Positions 14,696-27,335 are shown, numbered from the stretch's first letter. The stretch is DNA of 64,000 bases from Eledone cirrhosa (GCA_964016885.1 OZ024750.1:18786001-18850000), one strand, 5' to 3'. Program-made: numbers and translations. The notes: generated by a model not told the origin, from the letters alone.

Positions 14696-14966
14696 CATGA
14701 GAACATGATATGAAGGCTAAAAAACACTTGTGGATAGTGCAGTTTTAAATCAACATATCATCTTTTGATCTTATATTATGTATACTCCAGTCCTACAAAC
14801 TGTAGAGTGCTTCTTATCCGATATCTGCATTGCTTTATTGTACTACAATAAAACTCACCTCCTACATATATATATATATACGTAGGTCCCGGGTTGAGTC
14901 GGGGATAACCACAGTAAGTAAGGTACTCAATACATGGCAGAGTAACATTTTTATTTTATAGAAGGA

Positions 14967-15015
14967 GCTTCTACAGGACTAGTACTGTTTCATTCAGATG
15001 AAATCTTCAGGAAGC
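14967..15015 (-). ncRNA. Type I hammerhead ribozyme (left arm of the same palindrome)
   Basis: Exact reverse complement of 15022-15070. Confidence 0.85.
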
Positions 15016-15021
15016 ACTGAA

Positions 15022-15070
15022 GCTTCCTGAAGATTTCATCTGAATGAAACAGTACTAGTCCTGTAGAAGC
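15022..15070 (+). ncRNA. Type I hammerhead ribozyme (right arm of a palindrome)
   Basis: gcttc CTGAAGA tttcatctgaat GAAA cag-tactagtc-ctg TA^ gaagc. Confidence 0.85.
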
Positions 15071-15079
15071 TCCTTCTAT

Positions 15080-15111
<32 letters not shown>

Positions 15112-15301
15112 ACTAATATGTATGTGATGAAACACAGATACCAACACATCTGTATATATATTGCAAAAGAAAATTTTCTTTTGCAATATATATATAGATG
15201 TGTTGGTATCTGTGTTTCATCACATACATATTAGTTTATACACGGCTCAGTGGGTATTTTCCTCCTTCGAGCTAATTCCATTGTAAAAGAATCCATTACC
15301 T

Positions 15302-15342
<41 letters not shown>

Positions 15343-16168
15343 TTCAAAATATTAACAAAATAGATATTCTTGTGATCAAGTATATTTTATTATACATATT
15401 TCTGTTGAACTTAACTCAATACATCTGAAATATGTATAATAAAATATACTTGATCACAAGAATATCTATTTTGTTAATATTTTGAATTAATATTAATAAC
15501 TCTGGAAAACCTACTCGTTGAGTGCTTCCAAACTATTGTAAAACTCATTCTTTGATGTACTCATTGAACCTTGTTTAACTTTTAAATATATAAATATATA
15601 CATATGGAAAGTTATATTTAAAATTGTTGGGTTACAACTAGTAAATATTTATAACTGATATAAAAGCACTCGACAAATATTTGGAGTATATTTACAATAT
15701 TAAATAAATGGAAACTATATTTATAAAACCATATTTATTTCATTATATATATTTCGGGGATATCATATTAATAATATTGTAATATTGTAAATATATACAT
15801 ATATATATATAAAACAGTGGTGTTGGTTTGTGTCGGACAAAAATTCTATGCACATACATTATATTAGCTACAGTTGTTCATAACTACCGCATACAAGTAA
15901 CATTATTTATATATCCCGCCGAGGTTAACTTTGCCTTTCATCCTTACGGGGTCCACAAAATAAAGTACCAGTAATACACTGAGTAATTGCTGGCCTTGTG
16001 CCAAGAGTAGAAACAATTATATATATAAAGTTAATGTTGAAGTTGTTGACCTATAGAATTATACACAAGAAATGTATACTGATTACCAGTTAGCAGATGT
16101 AATAGAGTCAAATTTATACATTTTTGGTCTAGTGAGAATCCGAGTTTCGCTTATTAAGCAGCCAACAT

Positions 16169-16232
<64 letters not shown>

Positions 16233-16324
16233 GAGAGGTATAGAGATTGTTTTAGCAAGAAGCTAACGGCATTCTATAACATATATGCGACTATAACGTC
16301 AAGATGGGAAAAGTAGTTAACGAA

Positions 16325-16416
<92 letters not shown>

Positions 16417-17909
16417 AAATATAAGGAGAAATATATAGAGAGAGATAGACAAATAAACACACTAGCAATTTTCTAAGAGTTTTTGCTTGGTCAACATATC
16501 AAACGTAACTTTTAACACAAAACAACTAAGAAGCAGATTATATTGATTAATTAATATTAAAGAGACAGAAAAGAATCGGTATCCTTTTCCATGCATACAT
16601 TATGGTTACCGTTTTATATTAATAAAAAAAATAAATCCGCTGTCTTCCTTGTCTTCTTGTCACAACATGAATTATTTAGACAATAGACAGTCCACGTAAA
16701 CAACTAACTTAAGAAAAAGTAAACAAAATATTTTTCTTTAAAAAGAATACAGAAAATAAATACTTGAAAGATATTTTTACTGAAAGATGGAAAAATTGGG
16801 AGTAGGTTTTCTTCGGTAAAGTCATGACAACAACCCACAGAGAGATATTAAATGTGTGTGTGTGTGTGTGTGTGTATTCTTTGTTTTTGTATTTGTTTTG
16901 CAAGATTTCTTATCTGAAAACGCGTGTTGAAACAATGTATATATATATATATATATATACCGATATATTTATAAGGTAATTTATATGTATATACTTCTAT
17001 TTAATCATATATTTGTTATATGATAACCAAAATGATATATACATACATTCTAAATAGTACCAATTAAAATATTTATGATGCTGTTGTTGTTGTTGTTATC
17101 AGCATTCAAATAATAATGCAAATATCCATTCCATGAAACTAAATGGACTGAAGAATGAGAGTGAGGGAATTCATCCATAATTCAGAAGAAAAAATGAAGG
17201 TTTCATTACAATTTACAGATTAAAATATATATATTCTTTATACCATAATATAGCGTTTGAAACGTATTTAAAAGGGATGTGTGTGTGTGTGTGTGTGTGT
17301 ATTTAAGTACAAGTATGTTTATGTACGAGTGTCCGTGTGTGTGTGTGTGTGTGCGTATGAAGAAGGCCAAAGAGGGGAGGGAAAAAGAAAAAAGAATTGA
17401 TAAATCAACTTCGAAATGCAAACACGGGCACTGACACACACATATTGGATCCTCTATGTGTACACATGATCTGCTAGAAATAACAGCCAAATACCCATTA
17501 AATCACACACCTTAGGAAAGACTCATTAGATGATGGTATCATAGATGTACAAAAATGGCCTTAAAGGTCTTGGTTAATTGACATCAGAATTGGCCAGGGA
17601 CTAAACAACAACACAAACTAGGTAGCAAAGTTGACTGTGATGATGATAATGAGGATGATAATTTCTGATATAGGATAGGCGAAAAACATTATATGCCATG
17701 TGTCAGGGTTATGATTATGACGATGGTGATGATTATGATAATTAATAACTATTAATAGTAAACGAAACAAGGTTTGACATTGTCGTAACTACTTATGGTT
17801 TAATTAACTATTAGCTAATTTAACAATCCCTCTAAGATAGAAACAGGAGTGTAAACAGGAGTGTTAGTTTGAAAACATGGTGAAACATTTAACAAAATAT
17901 TTTACTTAC

Positions 17910-18010
17910 TCGCTTTCACTTGAATTCGAACTCATTTTGTTTGGCTACCGTTGCGCTTGTTGAAGGCTTTCATTAAAAACTAGGTCACCACAAACTAACG
18001 AAATGATGTG
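17910..18010 (-). other. Candidate 5' UTR first exon of the minus-strand gene
   Basis: Strong donor GCGA|GTAAGTA at 17910/17909 in non-repetitive DNA. The 7822 exon has an acceptor upstream of its ATG, so an upstream exon must exist. 5' boundary is a guess. Confidence 0.3.
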
Positions 18011-18493
18011 TTTGTTATATATTTCTTGTATATGTGTGATTCTGGTTATTAGGGCGGCTATTTTTTTGCCTTTTCTTTACATAAGTCCCAGTGAGTCCCT
18101 GATACATACTTCAGCAAGAATGTGTAATAAAATATATCGGTTTAAGTGCGCTAGCTCCGTAAGGGAGCAATTTGAAGATTCTGAAGGAGACAATTTTTAC
18201 ACTATATTGTTTTAACATAAAACGTGTTTATATTGAGGGGAACATCATGTTCTCTTTGTAGGTGCCATGGTGAGGCATGGAGTAGAAAAAAAGGGTTACT
18301 AACTACAGCTATAGTAGTTTTTTAGTAAAAGTTCTGACTTGTTTAGAGGGCAAATCTGAAGCAGATTGTCTCATACTGGAACAGGTATATATGATATGTA
18401 TGTATATATGTATGTATATATATATATAATATATAATATATAATATATAATATATATATGTGTGTGTGCGTATATATATATATATAAAGGTTT

Positions 18494-18536
<43 letters not shown>

Positions 18537-18619
18537 CATACATATACGTGTTTTGCAACGGGTCACATTGGAGAGGAAATGGTATATATTTTATCTGGTG
18601 ATTCTATAGACATGCTTTA

Positions 18620-18654
<35 letters not shown>

Positions 18655-19231
18655 TAGACGTTTATACACGCATACAACACATACCTGTGTAGTGAAGCCA
18701 AACGGACAAGTAGTTGCGATGGAATAGGAATTATGACACTTAATTTGACATAGTAGTGCAACAATGCAAGCTTCAGTGGATGGACTGACTACTTGAGATC
18801 TTATGACTATATATAAATATACGGGAAAGAGAGAGACATGTTGAATAACAACACTTGTATAAAGGATCGGAGTAGATTAATTGCGGAAAAGTAATTAAAC
18901 AAGACTTACTTTCGTTAATGTATGAATTATAATAATATGCATGAACAGCATCGAACTAAATTAAATGCATAGCAGTCCCACAGGGGTTTATTTTGCTTTC
19001 CATCTTTCTGGGAGGAAGCTTAAGATAAACACCAGTAATATATTATGTCCATTATACTAATGTCGCTATCTCTCTCCTAAACGTATACAAATTTGCATTG
19101 GGATATATGTTACAAGAAAGCTTTCGTTTAAGTATAAATATATTTAACAAGAACCAGAGTAAGGAAGAGAGAGACCGTGTAGTAAGAACAATGTAAAAGT
19201 TGTTGAAGCAACTACTTAAGGAAGGACAATA

Positions 19232-19289
<58 letters not shown>

Positions 19290-22006
19290 TACTGCAGTCA
19301 GTAGTAAGAAGTTGCACTAATATAAAATAATAAGCAGTAAGAACTTGTCAGAATTAAGTACTATATAGCCGATAAGCAAGATGTTTTTAGATGATTCATC
19401 CCCCTTTTTCCGGTGTGTAAAATGTCCAATATATATATATATTCCTTTTTTACATTTACAGTTAACCTTTTTACATAAACAGTATCTTGTTAAACATCCT
19501 CGCTCCTCTTAAAATAACCTTTTACATGAAACTGATGCTATTTTTGTTTTTTGTTTGTTTTTCCTCCTCAAATTACACGAAATTTTCTATAACAATTATC
19601 AACTATCTTTTTTTAATGTTATTTTTTTTCCATTCCGCACCATTCCAAAGAGTTCGGGGTCTTCAAAACATTCCCTATAAATTGCAATTCCTTCGTATTT
19701 GGATTATTTATCTACTAGAAAAATAAACTTTGTTCTTTTATAAAGTGGCAACAGAGAGTAATCTCAATAATATATTAAAATAAATAGATACATTATACTA
19801 GTATTGAGCACTTTTTTTCTAGTATTTTCAAATCTAAACGGACGGACGTTATATATGTGTGTGTATATATATTGGGTTCTGGTCGGATGGTCGTAGTAGT
19901 CCGCAGAGAGAGAAAGAGAAGTTGGTATAAGTGCGTTATAAAAAGAGCGCAAGATCTAAGTGATTGTTCGACTTTCTAGAAATAGCAGCCACACTTCCTC
20001 ATAACGACCACCTTCTTAAAAAAGGGGAAGGGCACATATGACAATATTCTCCAAGATATTCTCCACAAAAAGAGCAGATGGTCACAATTTCAATGCCTTT
20101 GGTCTCATGTCTGCTCGATTAGACTTGAACTAGGGTTACACGACAATTAACAATATTTTAAAGGGATCCGATCAACGTTATTGTCTCCCTTTATTGTCCG
20201 ACCCTCTACCGATACTGCCAATCCACAGGGCGGTGGATTGGCAGTATCGGTAGAGGGTCGGACGCCATGCTTTCCACCACAGTTACGTCCCTTTACGATC
20301 TGAGTTCAAATCCCGCCGAGGTTGACTTTGCCTTTCATCCTTACGGGGTCGATAAAATAAAGTACCAGTAATGAACTGGGTTATTGCTGGCCTTGTGCCT
20401 AAAAGTAGAAACAGTTATTGTCTCCCTTTATTTCTAAACTGAATCTTCTCTTCTATTATAATAATTGTTTCTACTTTTGGCACGAGGCCAGCAATTACCC
20501 CAGTGCAATACTGGTGCTTTAATTTATTGACTCCTTAAGGATGAAAGACAAAGTTAACCTCGGCGGGATTTGAACTCAGAATGTAAAGGGCCGTAACTCT
20601 ATGCTGCAAAGTATAGCGTCCGACCCTCTACCTACACTGCCAATCCACCGCCCTTCTATTATAATAATAGTTAGCTTTGCTTTTCATCCTTACGGGGTCG
20701 ATTAAATAAAGTACCAGTAATGCACTGGTTCGATTTAATCGACTTTCTGTTTCCCCCAAAATTGTTGGCTTTGTGCCTAAAATCAGGAACCATTATAATA
20801 ATAATAAAAAATAAAAAATAAATAAATAACATTTTGTGCGCCGCTCTAACGATTCTGCCAATCAACAATAATCCACGCCCCAGTAAGTTCTTTTGAACCT
20901 TCGTTGATTACGACGACGAGTGTTCCAGTTATTTGATCAACTGGACTGGAACAGTTTGCTCGTAAAATTAACGCATAAGTTGCCGAGCATTCCACAGACA
21001 CTTGTCATTAACGTAATCCCCAGGGAGATTTGTCATTAACGTAATCGTCAGGGAGATTTAGCGTGAGACTGTATGACATGACTGGTCCTTTGAATTACAG
21101 GGGCAATTCATTTTTTCCAGCTGAATGGACGACACTGATGACGATGAAAGAACTTTTAACATCTGTGAAGACGTTGACGGACATGTGAAATCTAGCTATC
21201 ATGTCTTTATGTCAGAAACATACACATTCCTTTGTCATGACACATGTTGATGTATCGGAACGAGTTGTACTTGACGGGCTGTGAATGAGGTATGGCTCAG
21301 TGATTTAGAAGTTCACTTCACAATCATAAGGTCCTGGGTTTGATCGCACGGCGTGGCATCTTGAGCAAGTGACATTTTGATGAATATAAACACTTTTTTT
21401 TTTTCGTTAGGATTGCCTATGATTTTCAAATGTTGAAAATAATCGAAAGTTTGGAAGGATTTAATAATATATCTAACTTTCACTTTAGTAATCTGGTGTT
21501 TGGAGCATAACTTAAGATTATGATGGAAGGTGTTTCGATGAATGTAAAAACTTTAAAACAGTTTTGAATTGTAGAACTAGGGGCGATGATAGGCGATTTA
21601 ATATCATCAGGGTTAAAGTGAAAGGAATAGTGGTTCTCGGAGACGTAGCAAGTGGTGGAGTACGTGGTGCTTTTGTGAACAAGTGTGACGGTTACGTGTT
21701 TATGAGCAATATTTCCTCTAGTGCACCACTCTTGTTAATAAAGATGAGTGCAAGGGAGCTAAAAGTGCATATGCCCCCGGTCTGCTGAAAACCGTTACTA
21801 CGTGACTGTTGGCCTAAGGATGTTTGCATTACAAAATACCATTCTATATAGAAAAACAACAAACAAGAGAGAAAAAACTTGCAAAACAAATAGAAAATGA
21901 TATTTTACAAATATGTGCCAGTATTTATACACATATTTTCAAAAAAAATGGAGTAATGTGAAAATATAAATAAAATACTAAATCATAGAAACACCCATCC
22001 ACTCAC

Positions 22007-22075
<69 letters not shown>

Positions 22076-22572
22076 AATACAATAACAGAGATAGTAACCA
22101 TCTCACTCAACAAACATTAGGTTATATTAAACATTAGGTTATATTAGGTTATATTAAAATTATATATATATATATATAATTTAATACAATAACAGAGATA
22201 GTTTAAAGCTAAACTCTGACTGGTAACCATCTCACTCAACAAACATTAGGTTATATTAAAATATAAACCCAATTTAAGTGTTTGGGGTGCTAACAATATG
22301 TATAATGTGGAAAAACCAGTTGTATTATTTAATGAGATATAATTAAAGTTAAAAATATATATATATATATATATGGTTAGAGAATTGGATTCGCAATCGT
22401 AAGGTTGTGAGTTCGATTCCTGGACCAGGCGATGAGTTATGTCCTTGAGCAAGACACTTTATTTCACGTTGCTCCTTCTACCTGGAGTTGCGACCGATAG
22501 ATAGTATTAGCAATTGGAAAGACCAACGGAAACATTGTTCCCTCGGTCCGATTTGACGAAAGTCGATCGTTC

Positions 22573-22663
<91 letters not shown>

Positions 22664-23931
22664 TTGTGTGAAGAATCAAAACACACTAATCAAAAAACAA
22701 AAAAGTAGAAACAATTATTATATATCTTTATCCATTCTGAGTTCAAATCCCGCCGAGTTTAACTTTGCCTTTCATCCTTACGGGGTCGATAAAATAAAGT
22801 ACCAGTAATGTACTGGCCTTGTGCCAAAGGTAGAAACAATTATTATACATCTTTATATTCTATAGAATTTACTTCTACAAGATTAGAACTGTTTCATTCT
22901 TGGTGATTTCATACAAATGAAAGATGCTGATACTTTACTAACGCATTGAGAATCTTTTTTAACTGTGGTCACCTCCCGATACCCATCGGGAATCCACCCA
23001 TTATTATATATTATATATCATATACGATAAGAATTTTTGGTTATTGTTTCTCAAAAGCCACACAGTCGATAAATCTGAAATGGCCCGATAAACAGAAAGA
23101 ATTCGTTGTCTCGAGGTAGCAACAATTAATTTTGAAAGGGCTTTGTAGAAATCGGACAATAAATCGGAGAATTCATGCAACAAATACTGAAAGAAAATTC
23201 ATACATCAATTATAATATTACATATATAAATATATAAATACATTATTTAGAATAAGAGCTATTCAGAAAATAATAAAACAAATACATACAAAAATTCCCC
23301 CAATTTACAGACACCACCGTCTTTCATGGTGGCCGAAGTATTTTGTCATTTTACTTATCATTTGTAAGCTTTCAAATATTTCACTTCTCCCGTAATCATT
23401 GGATATAAATAGAAATAAGGAGACAGAAAAACCGAGGAAGAGAGATAAATAGAAGAGAAGAAAAAGAAAAAAAGCCATGAGATAGAGGGATAGTGAGAGA
23501 AAGGCAGGTAGAGAGTGAGAAAGAAAGAAAGGGCCAGATGGGGGGAAACAGACACTTGCGGAAATAAGAGAGAAAGGAGGATGGGTCATTAAGTATGTAA
23601 ATGGTCAGAACTGCCGCTTTCTGTTGTAATCAGTCTAGCTACAGTTAATATTTGTGCGTCAATATATATAAATATATTTATATGTATATATTCACGCGCG
23701 CGCGGACACACACACACATACATATATATATATACTATATTATAATTTGAGATTAAACTCTCAGTCGTTTACAATAAATCAGCTCCAAGAAAGGGGCATT
23801 TCCGAGCAGTTAAATACATTATATATGATAAACACAAAACGTGTTTGCATTGTAACAGACAAAGTTAGCTATTAATGAAATAAACTAATTAAAGTGAATA
23901 CAATTTGTCTGTCTCGATATAAGTCAATAAA

Positions 23932-23990
<59 letters not shown>

Positions 23991-24616
23991 TAAAAGAGAA
24001 AACAAAGGTAAGCATTAAGAGAAGGATTTTATCCAGGTAGACCGTTTCATTGGTAAATGCAACCTTATATTGCTATACTGCAAATAGCAGCCAGTCAATT
24101 ATAATTGTTGTTCACAGTCCAAATTTTCAAAATAGCTGGCTATATATATATATATGCATATGATGGCTGCCCCCTCGTTATCGAGTATGGCCATTGCACG
24201 ATATACCATTATTAATAATTATTAATGGTATATCGTGCAATGGCCATACTCGATAACGAGAGGGCAGCTTTGAAGCATAGAGTTACGTCCCTTTATGATC
24301 TGAGTTCAAATCCCGCCGAGGTTAACTTTGCTTTTCATCCTTACGGGGCCGATAAAATAAAGTACCAGTGATACACTGAGTAATTGCTGGCCTTGTGCCA
24401 AAAGTAGAAATGCCCGTGCGTGAGGAAAGACTGTGCACTGAGCCAATCCCACTCTCTGAGCGACAGTAGCTATAACCCGAAAAGAAGAAAAGATCAACAT
24501 CATCGGTAACTACTGAGCCGCAGGTTTTATATCAGAGTTATCCCAGTTTCCTGAGTTGCCTTCTCCTAGAAGAATGCCCTGACAAAGGCTAGGGGTCCTT
24601 CACTCCCTATATACAT

Positions 24617-24653
<37 letters not shown>

Positions 24654-24731
24654 GAGTGAAATAAGATAACAAGGACGATTGGCGACACCTTCATTACGTT
24701 TATTGGTTTGTTATTTCACTATAATAATATA

Positions 24732-24921
24732 AGGGGCGGTGGATTGGCCGTATCGGTAGAGGGTCGGACGCCATGCTTTCCAGCATAGTTACGTCCCTTT
24801 ACGATCTGAGTTCAAATCCCGCCGAGGTTGACTTTGCCTTTCATCCTTACGGGGTCGATAAAATAAAGTACCAGAAATGCACTGGGTAATTGCTGGCCTT
24901 GTGCCTAAAGTAGAAACAGTT
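24732..24921 (+). mobile_element. tRNA-derived SINE A (MetaSINE-like), full-length representative; about 30 full or partial copies in the window
   Basis: A-box TGGCCGTATCGG, B-box GAGTTCAAATCC, Meta-like GCCTTTCATCCTTACGGGGTCGATAAA..GTACCAG; TSD ttatttcactataata. Other copies near 1781, 2107, 2533, 3348, 15914, 20227, 20462, 20671, 22735, 24269, 29608, 29814, 30088, 32913, 37700, 37905, 45977, 46183, 46698, 48222, 50127-51190, 54349, 60685, 63330. Confidence 0.85.
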
Positions 24922-25035
24922 ATTTCACTATAATACACTCTGTCTAGCTCTACACCTCGACACTGAAGTGAACCTAAACATCGAGTGCTCACCCGGGCGA
25001 ACCTACAGTAACTCCAAGTTACACTCCCTGGATAT

Positions 25036-25628
25036 AGTAATAATAATAAATTTGAAGACTAAAATCCAGAGAGGGCTCGATAAGGAAAATATATATCAAA
25101 TATATAAGAACCGAAGAGCAAATATTTATTAAAATAACAGATTAAAGTTTTATTGTATTTATTTACTTTGTTCTTAACTCTGTAGCGGAGATTTATTCGG
25201 TCTCCTAGTTAGAATTTTAGTCTACGACTTCTGCTATACCATTTACGTGGTTTTGTCTTTGCACGCTATTGTTCTCCACGCTCCACATATGACTTATTAT
25301 CTTCGTTTTTTCGTTCATTGCCAGAGAACGTCTCTATGCACCACTTAGAGAACATTAGTCTACGACCTCTTTTATACCATAAACGTGGTTCTGTCCTTGC
25401 ACGTAATTGTTTTTCACCGCTCCTATTAATGACGTATTATTCGTTTTTTCCCGTTCTTTGCCAGCGAACGTTTCCACGAACCCAAGTATCGTCTTCCTGT
25501 CTTCCTCCGGTTGCAACATTTTTTGAAATATCCAGTTCTGCGTTTACAGATTGACTTTGTTAGTTTCAGAAGATCCCGTTAAGGGTGAAAGCAGCGATTC
25601 TTTGCTTAAACTTTAATCTGTTATTTTA

Positions 25629-25636
<8 letters not shown>
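25036..25636 (+). mobile_element. PLE-like element: inverted tail copy, two ~140-bp internal repeats, HHR, AATAAA
   Basis: 25036-25150 is the reverse complement of the family 3' end. The body matches 55583-56100 in the opposite orientation. Confidence 0.75.
25562..25612 (+). ncRNA. Hammerhead-like motif with variant CAGAAGA core
   Basis: agttt CAGAAGA tccc-gttaa-gggt GAAA gca-gcgattctt-tgc TT^ aaact. The same motif is at 55700-55750 (-), and without the 5' strand of stem I at 35620-35665 (-). Confidence 0.65.
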
Positions 25637-25684
<48 letters not shown>

Positions 25685-25687
<3 letters not shown>

Positions 25688-25895
25688 AAAAGAGTCAGGA
25701 TCCCGACAGTTGAGCTCCGGCCGTTTCGACAGCTAGATCCGAGCTGTTCAGATCTAGCTGTCGAAACGGCCGGAGCTCAGCCGTCGGGGTCCTGACTCTT
25801 TTCATATTATTCATATTACCCACTCTACTATACCCTTAGTTATCGAGTACTCGGGTGCGTTATGGTCCACCTGGTATTTTACCACACTTTCTTTG

Positions 25896-25897
<2 letters not shown>
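25685..25897 (+). mobile_element. Hairpin-plus-tail element (family of 56559, 57850, 58015)
   Basis: ~53-bp arms 25687-25739 and 25751-25803 containing GAAA cggc...gccg TC ggggt; tail with actc...gagtactc. Confidence 0.75.
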
Positions 25898-25945
<48 letters not shown>

Positions 25946-26439
25946 AATGAATAATAACAGGTAGACATCATAAAAAGGTAATTTATTCCGTGTGCTTACA
26001 AGTGTTTCCACGGTGGTACTGCAGCCTAGTTACGCTACGTGCAAATTCACAAGTACTTGCAGAACTCGAATATCCAATGCTGTGACCACTGTTTCCTCAG
26101 AGCAGAATGGTAAATGTACAATGTAAATACCCTTAAGTGGGGTTGTTATATATATATATATATATATATTGGCAATAGCACTATCATAGCGTGATTCATA
26201 ACAGAGGTGTGAAGGTATATACTATATGTTTATGTATAATGTGTTCTGATTTAAGCACAAGGCCAACAACTTTGGAAGAGGTGAACCTCGATTAAATCGA
26301 CGGCAGTGCATCACTGGTGATTAAGTTTCGCTATGACTGTTTTAAGTTGTGATCATGTCACAGCTATCTCAGTACACACGTGAAAACGCCAGGCACTAGT
26401 GTTTCAGGATTGTTTATCTATCATCAGTGACTTTCACTC

Positions 26440-27335
26440 ACTTGATACTGAAATTAGAATACACCATAGCTTATACTTTTTACGCATAAAACCACTGCTG
26501 GTCTCGAGAAATGCGGTCATGTGCCTTTTCAAGGTCGACAAAACAAGAATATACCTCTTGGCAATACTCCCACGATTTCTCAAAGACCTGCCGCAGTGTG
26601 AATAATTGGTCGGCTGTGCTGCACCCAGGGCAAAAACCACACTGTTCATCAGCTAGCTTGGATTCGACAATCTCCCTACATCTCTTTGCCAGACACTTAG
26701 TATAGACTTTTCTGAGGGTGCTTAACAAGGAGATCCCTCTGTAACGAGAACAATTTCTCTTGTCCCTCTTTCTGAAAATTGGGATTATCATTCCCGATTG
26801 CCATTACTTAGGTGCCTTGCCAAAGATCTAGAGCAGCAGGCACACACGAGTCTGCCAGAGAATACCTTCTCTATTTAAGGCTTTTAACATCTCGGGCCGG
26901 ATTCCATCTTCCTCGGCGGCCTTGCCCCATTTGACCTCTTTAATTGTTCTTGTGACCTCAGCCTCTGAGAGATTAGTCACCGCTCGTGTAGATTCGAAGA
27001 TACTGTTGTGATCAGGTTTAGGAAATCAGCAAAGTATTCTCTCCACCTCGCGAGTATGCACCTCTGAAGAGAACCCCAGACGTGTTCTTGATAGCAAGTG
27101 TACAGGTGTGGAGGAGGGCTTCTTATTACCAAGTCAGTGGATGGTCTGCCAGAATACTTTATTTGCTGATCTGAAGTCGGACTTTAGCTTAACCCCCAAA
27201 TCCTCCCATGTCTTAACTTTGGACACCTTTACTGTTTCTGCTGCGATTCTACGTGCCTGCTTGTACCGTAAGTGCAAGGAGGACTTATTTCCAAGCTTTG
27301 TAAGCCTCTTTCTTTACTCGGATGGCATCTTAGAC
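26440..27335 (-). pseudogene. RTE LINE reverse transcriptase N-terminal fragment
   Basis: IIPIFRKRDKRNCSRYRGISLLS...EQCGF..G.STADQLFTLRQV.EK..E...VYSCFVDLEKAHD; degraded. Confidence 0.85.

Larger units (their letters stand above)
14589..15590. mobile_element. Cluster of four unrelated hairpin-plus-tail elements separated by (TA)n
   Basis: 14589-14866 (21-bp arms, HHR); 14881-15085 (64-bp arms, two HHRs); 15111-15305 (63-bp arms, no loop); 15338-15590 (~65-bp arms, GAAA-tatgta-TA half HHR). Confidence 0.75.

Noticed and set aside
21564-21889. Overlapping short ORFs in unique DNA with a good minus-strand acceptor at ~21843
   Set aside because: No recognisable protein and no convincing donor or partner exon; kept only as a weak exon candidate.
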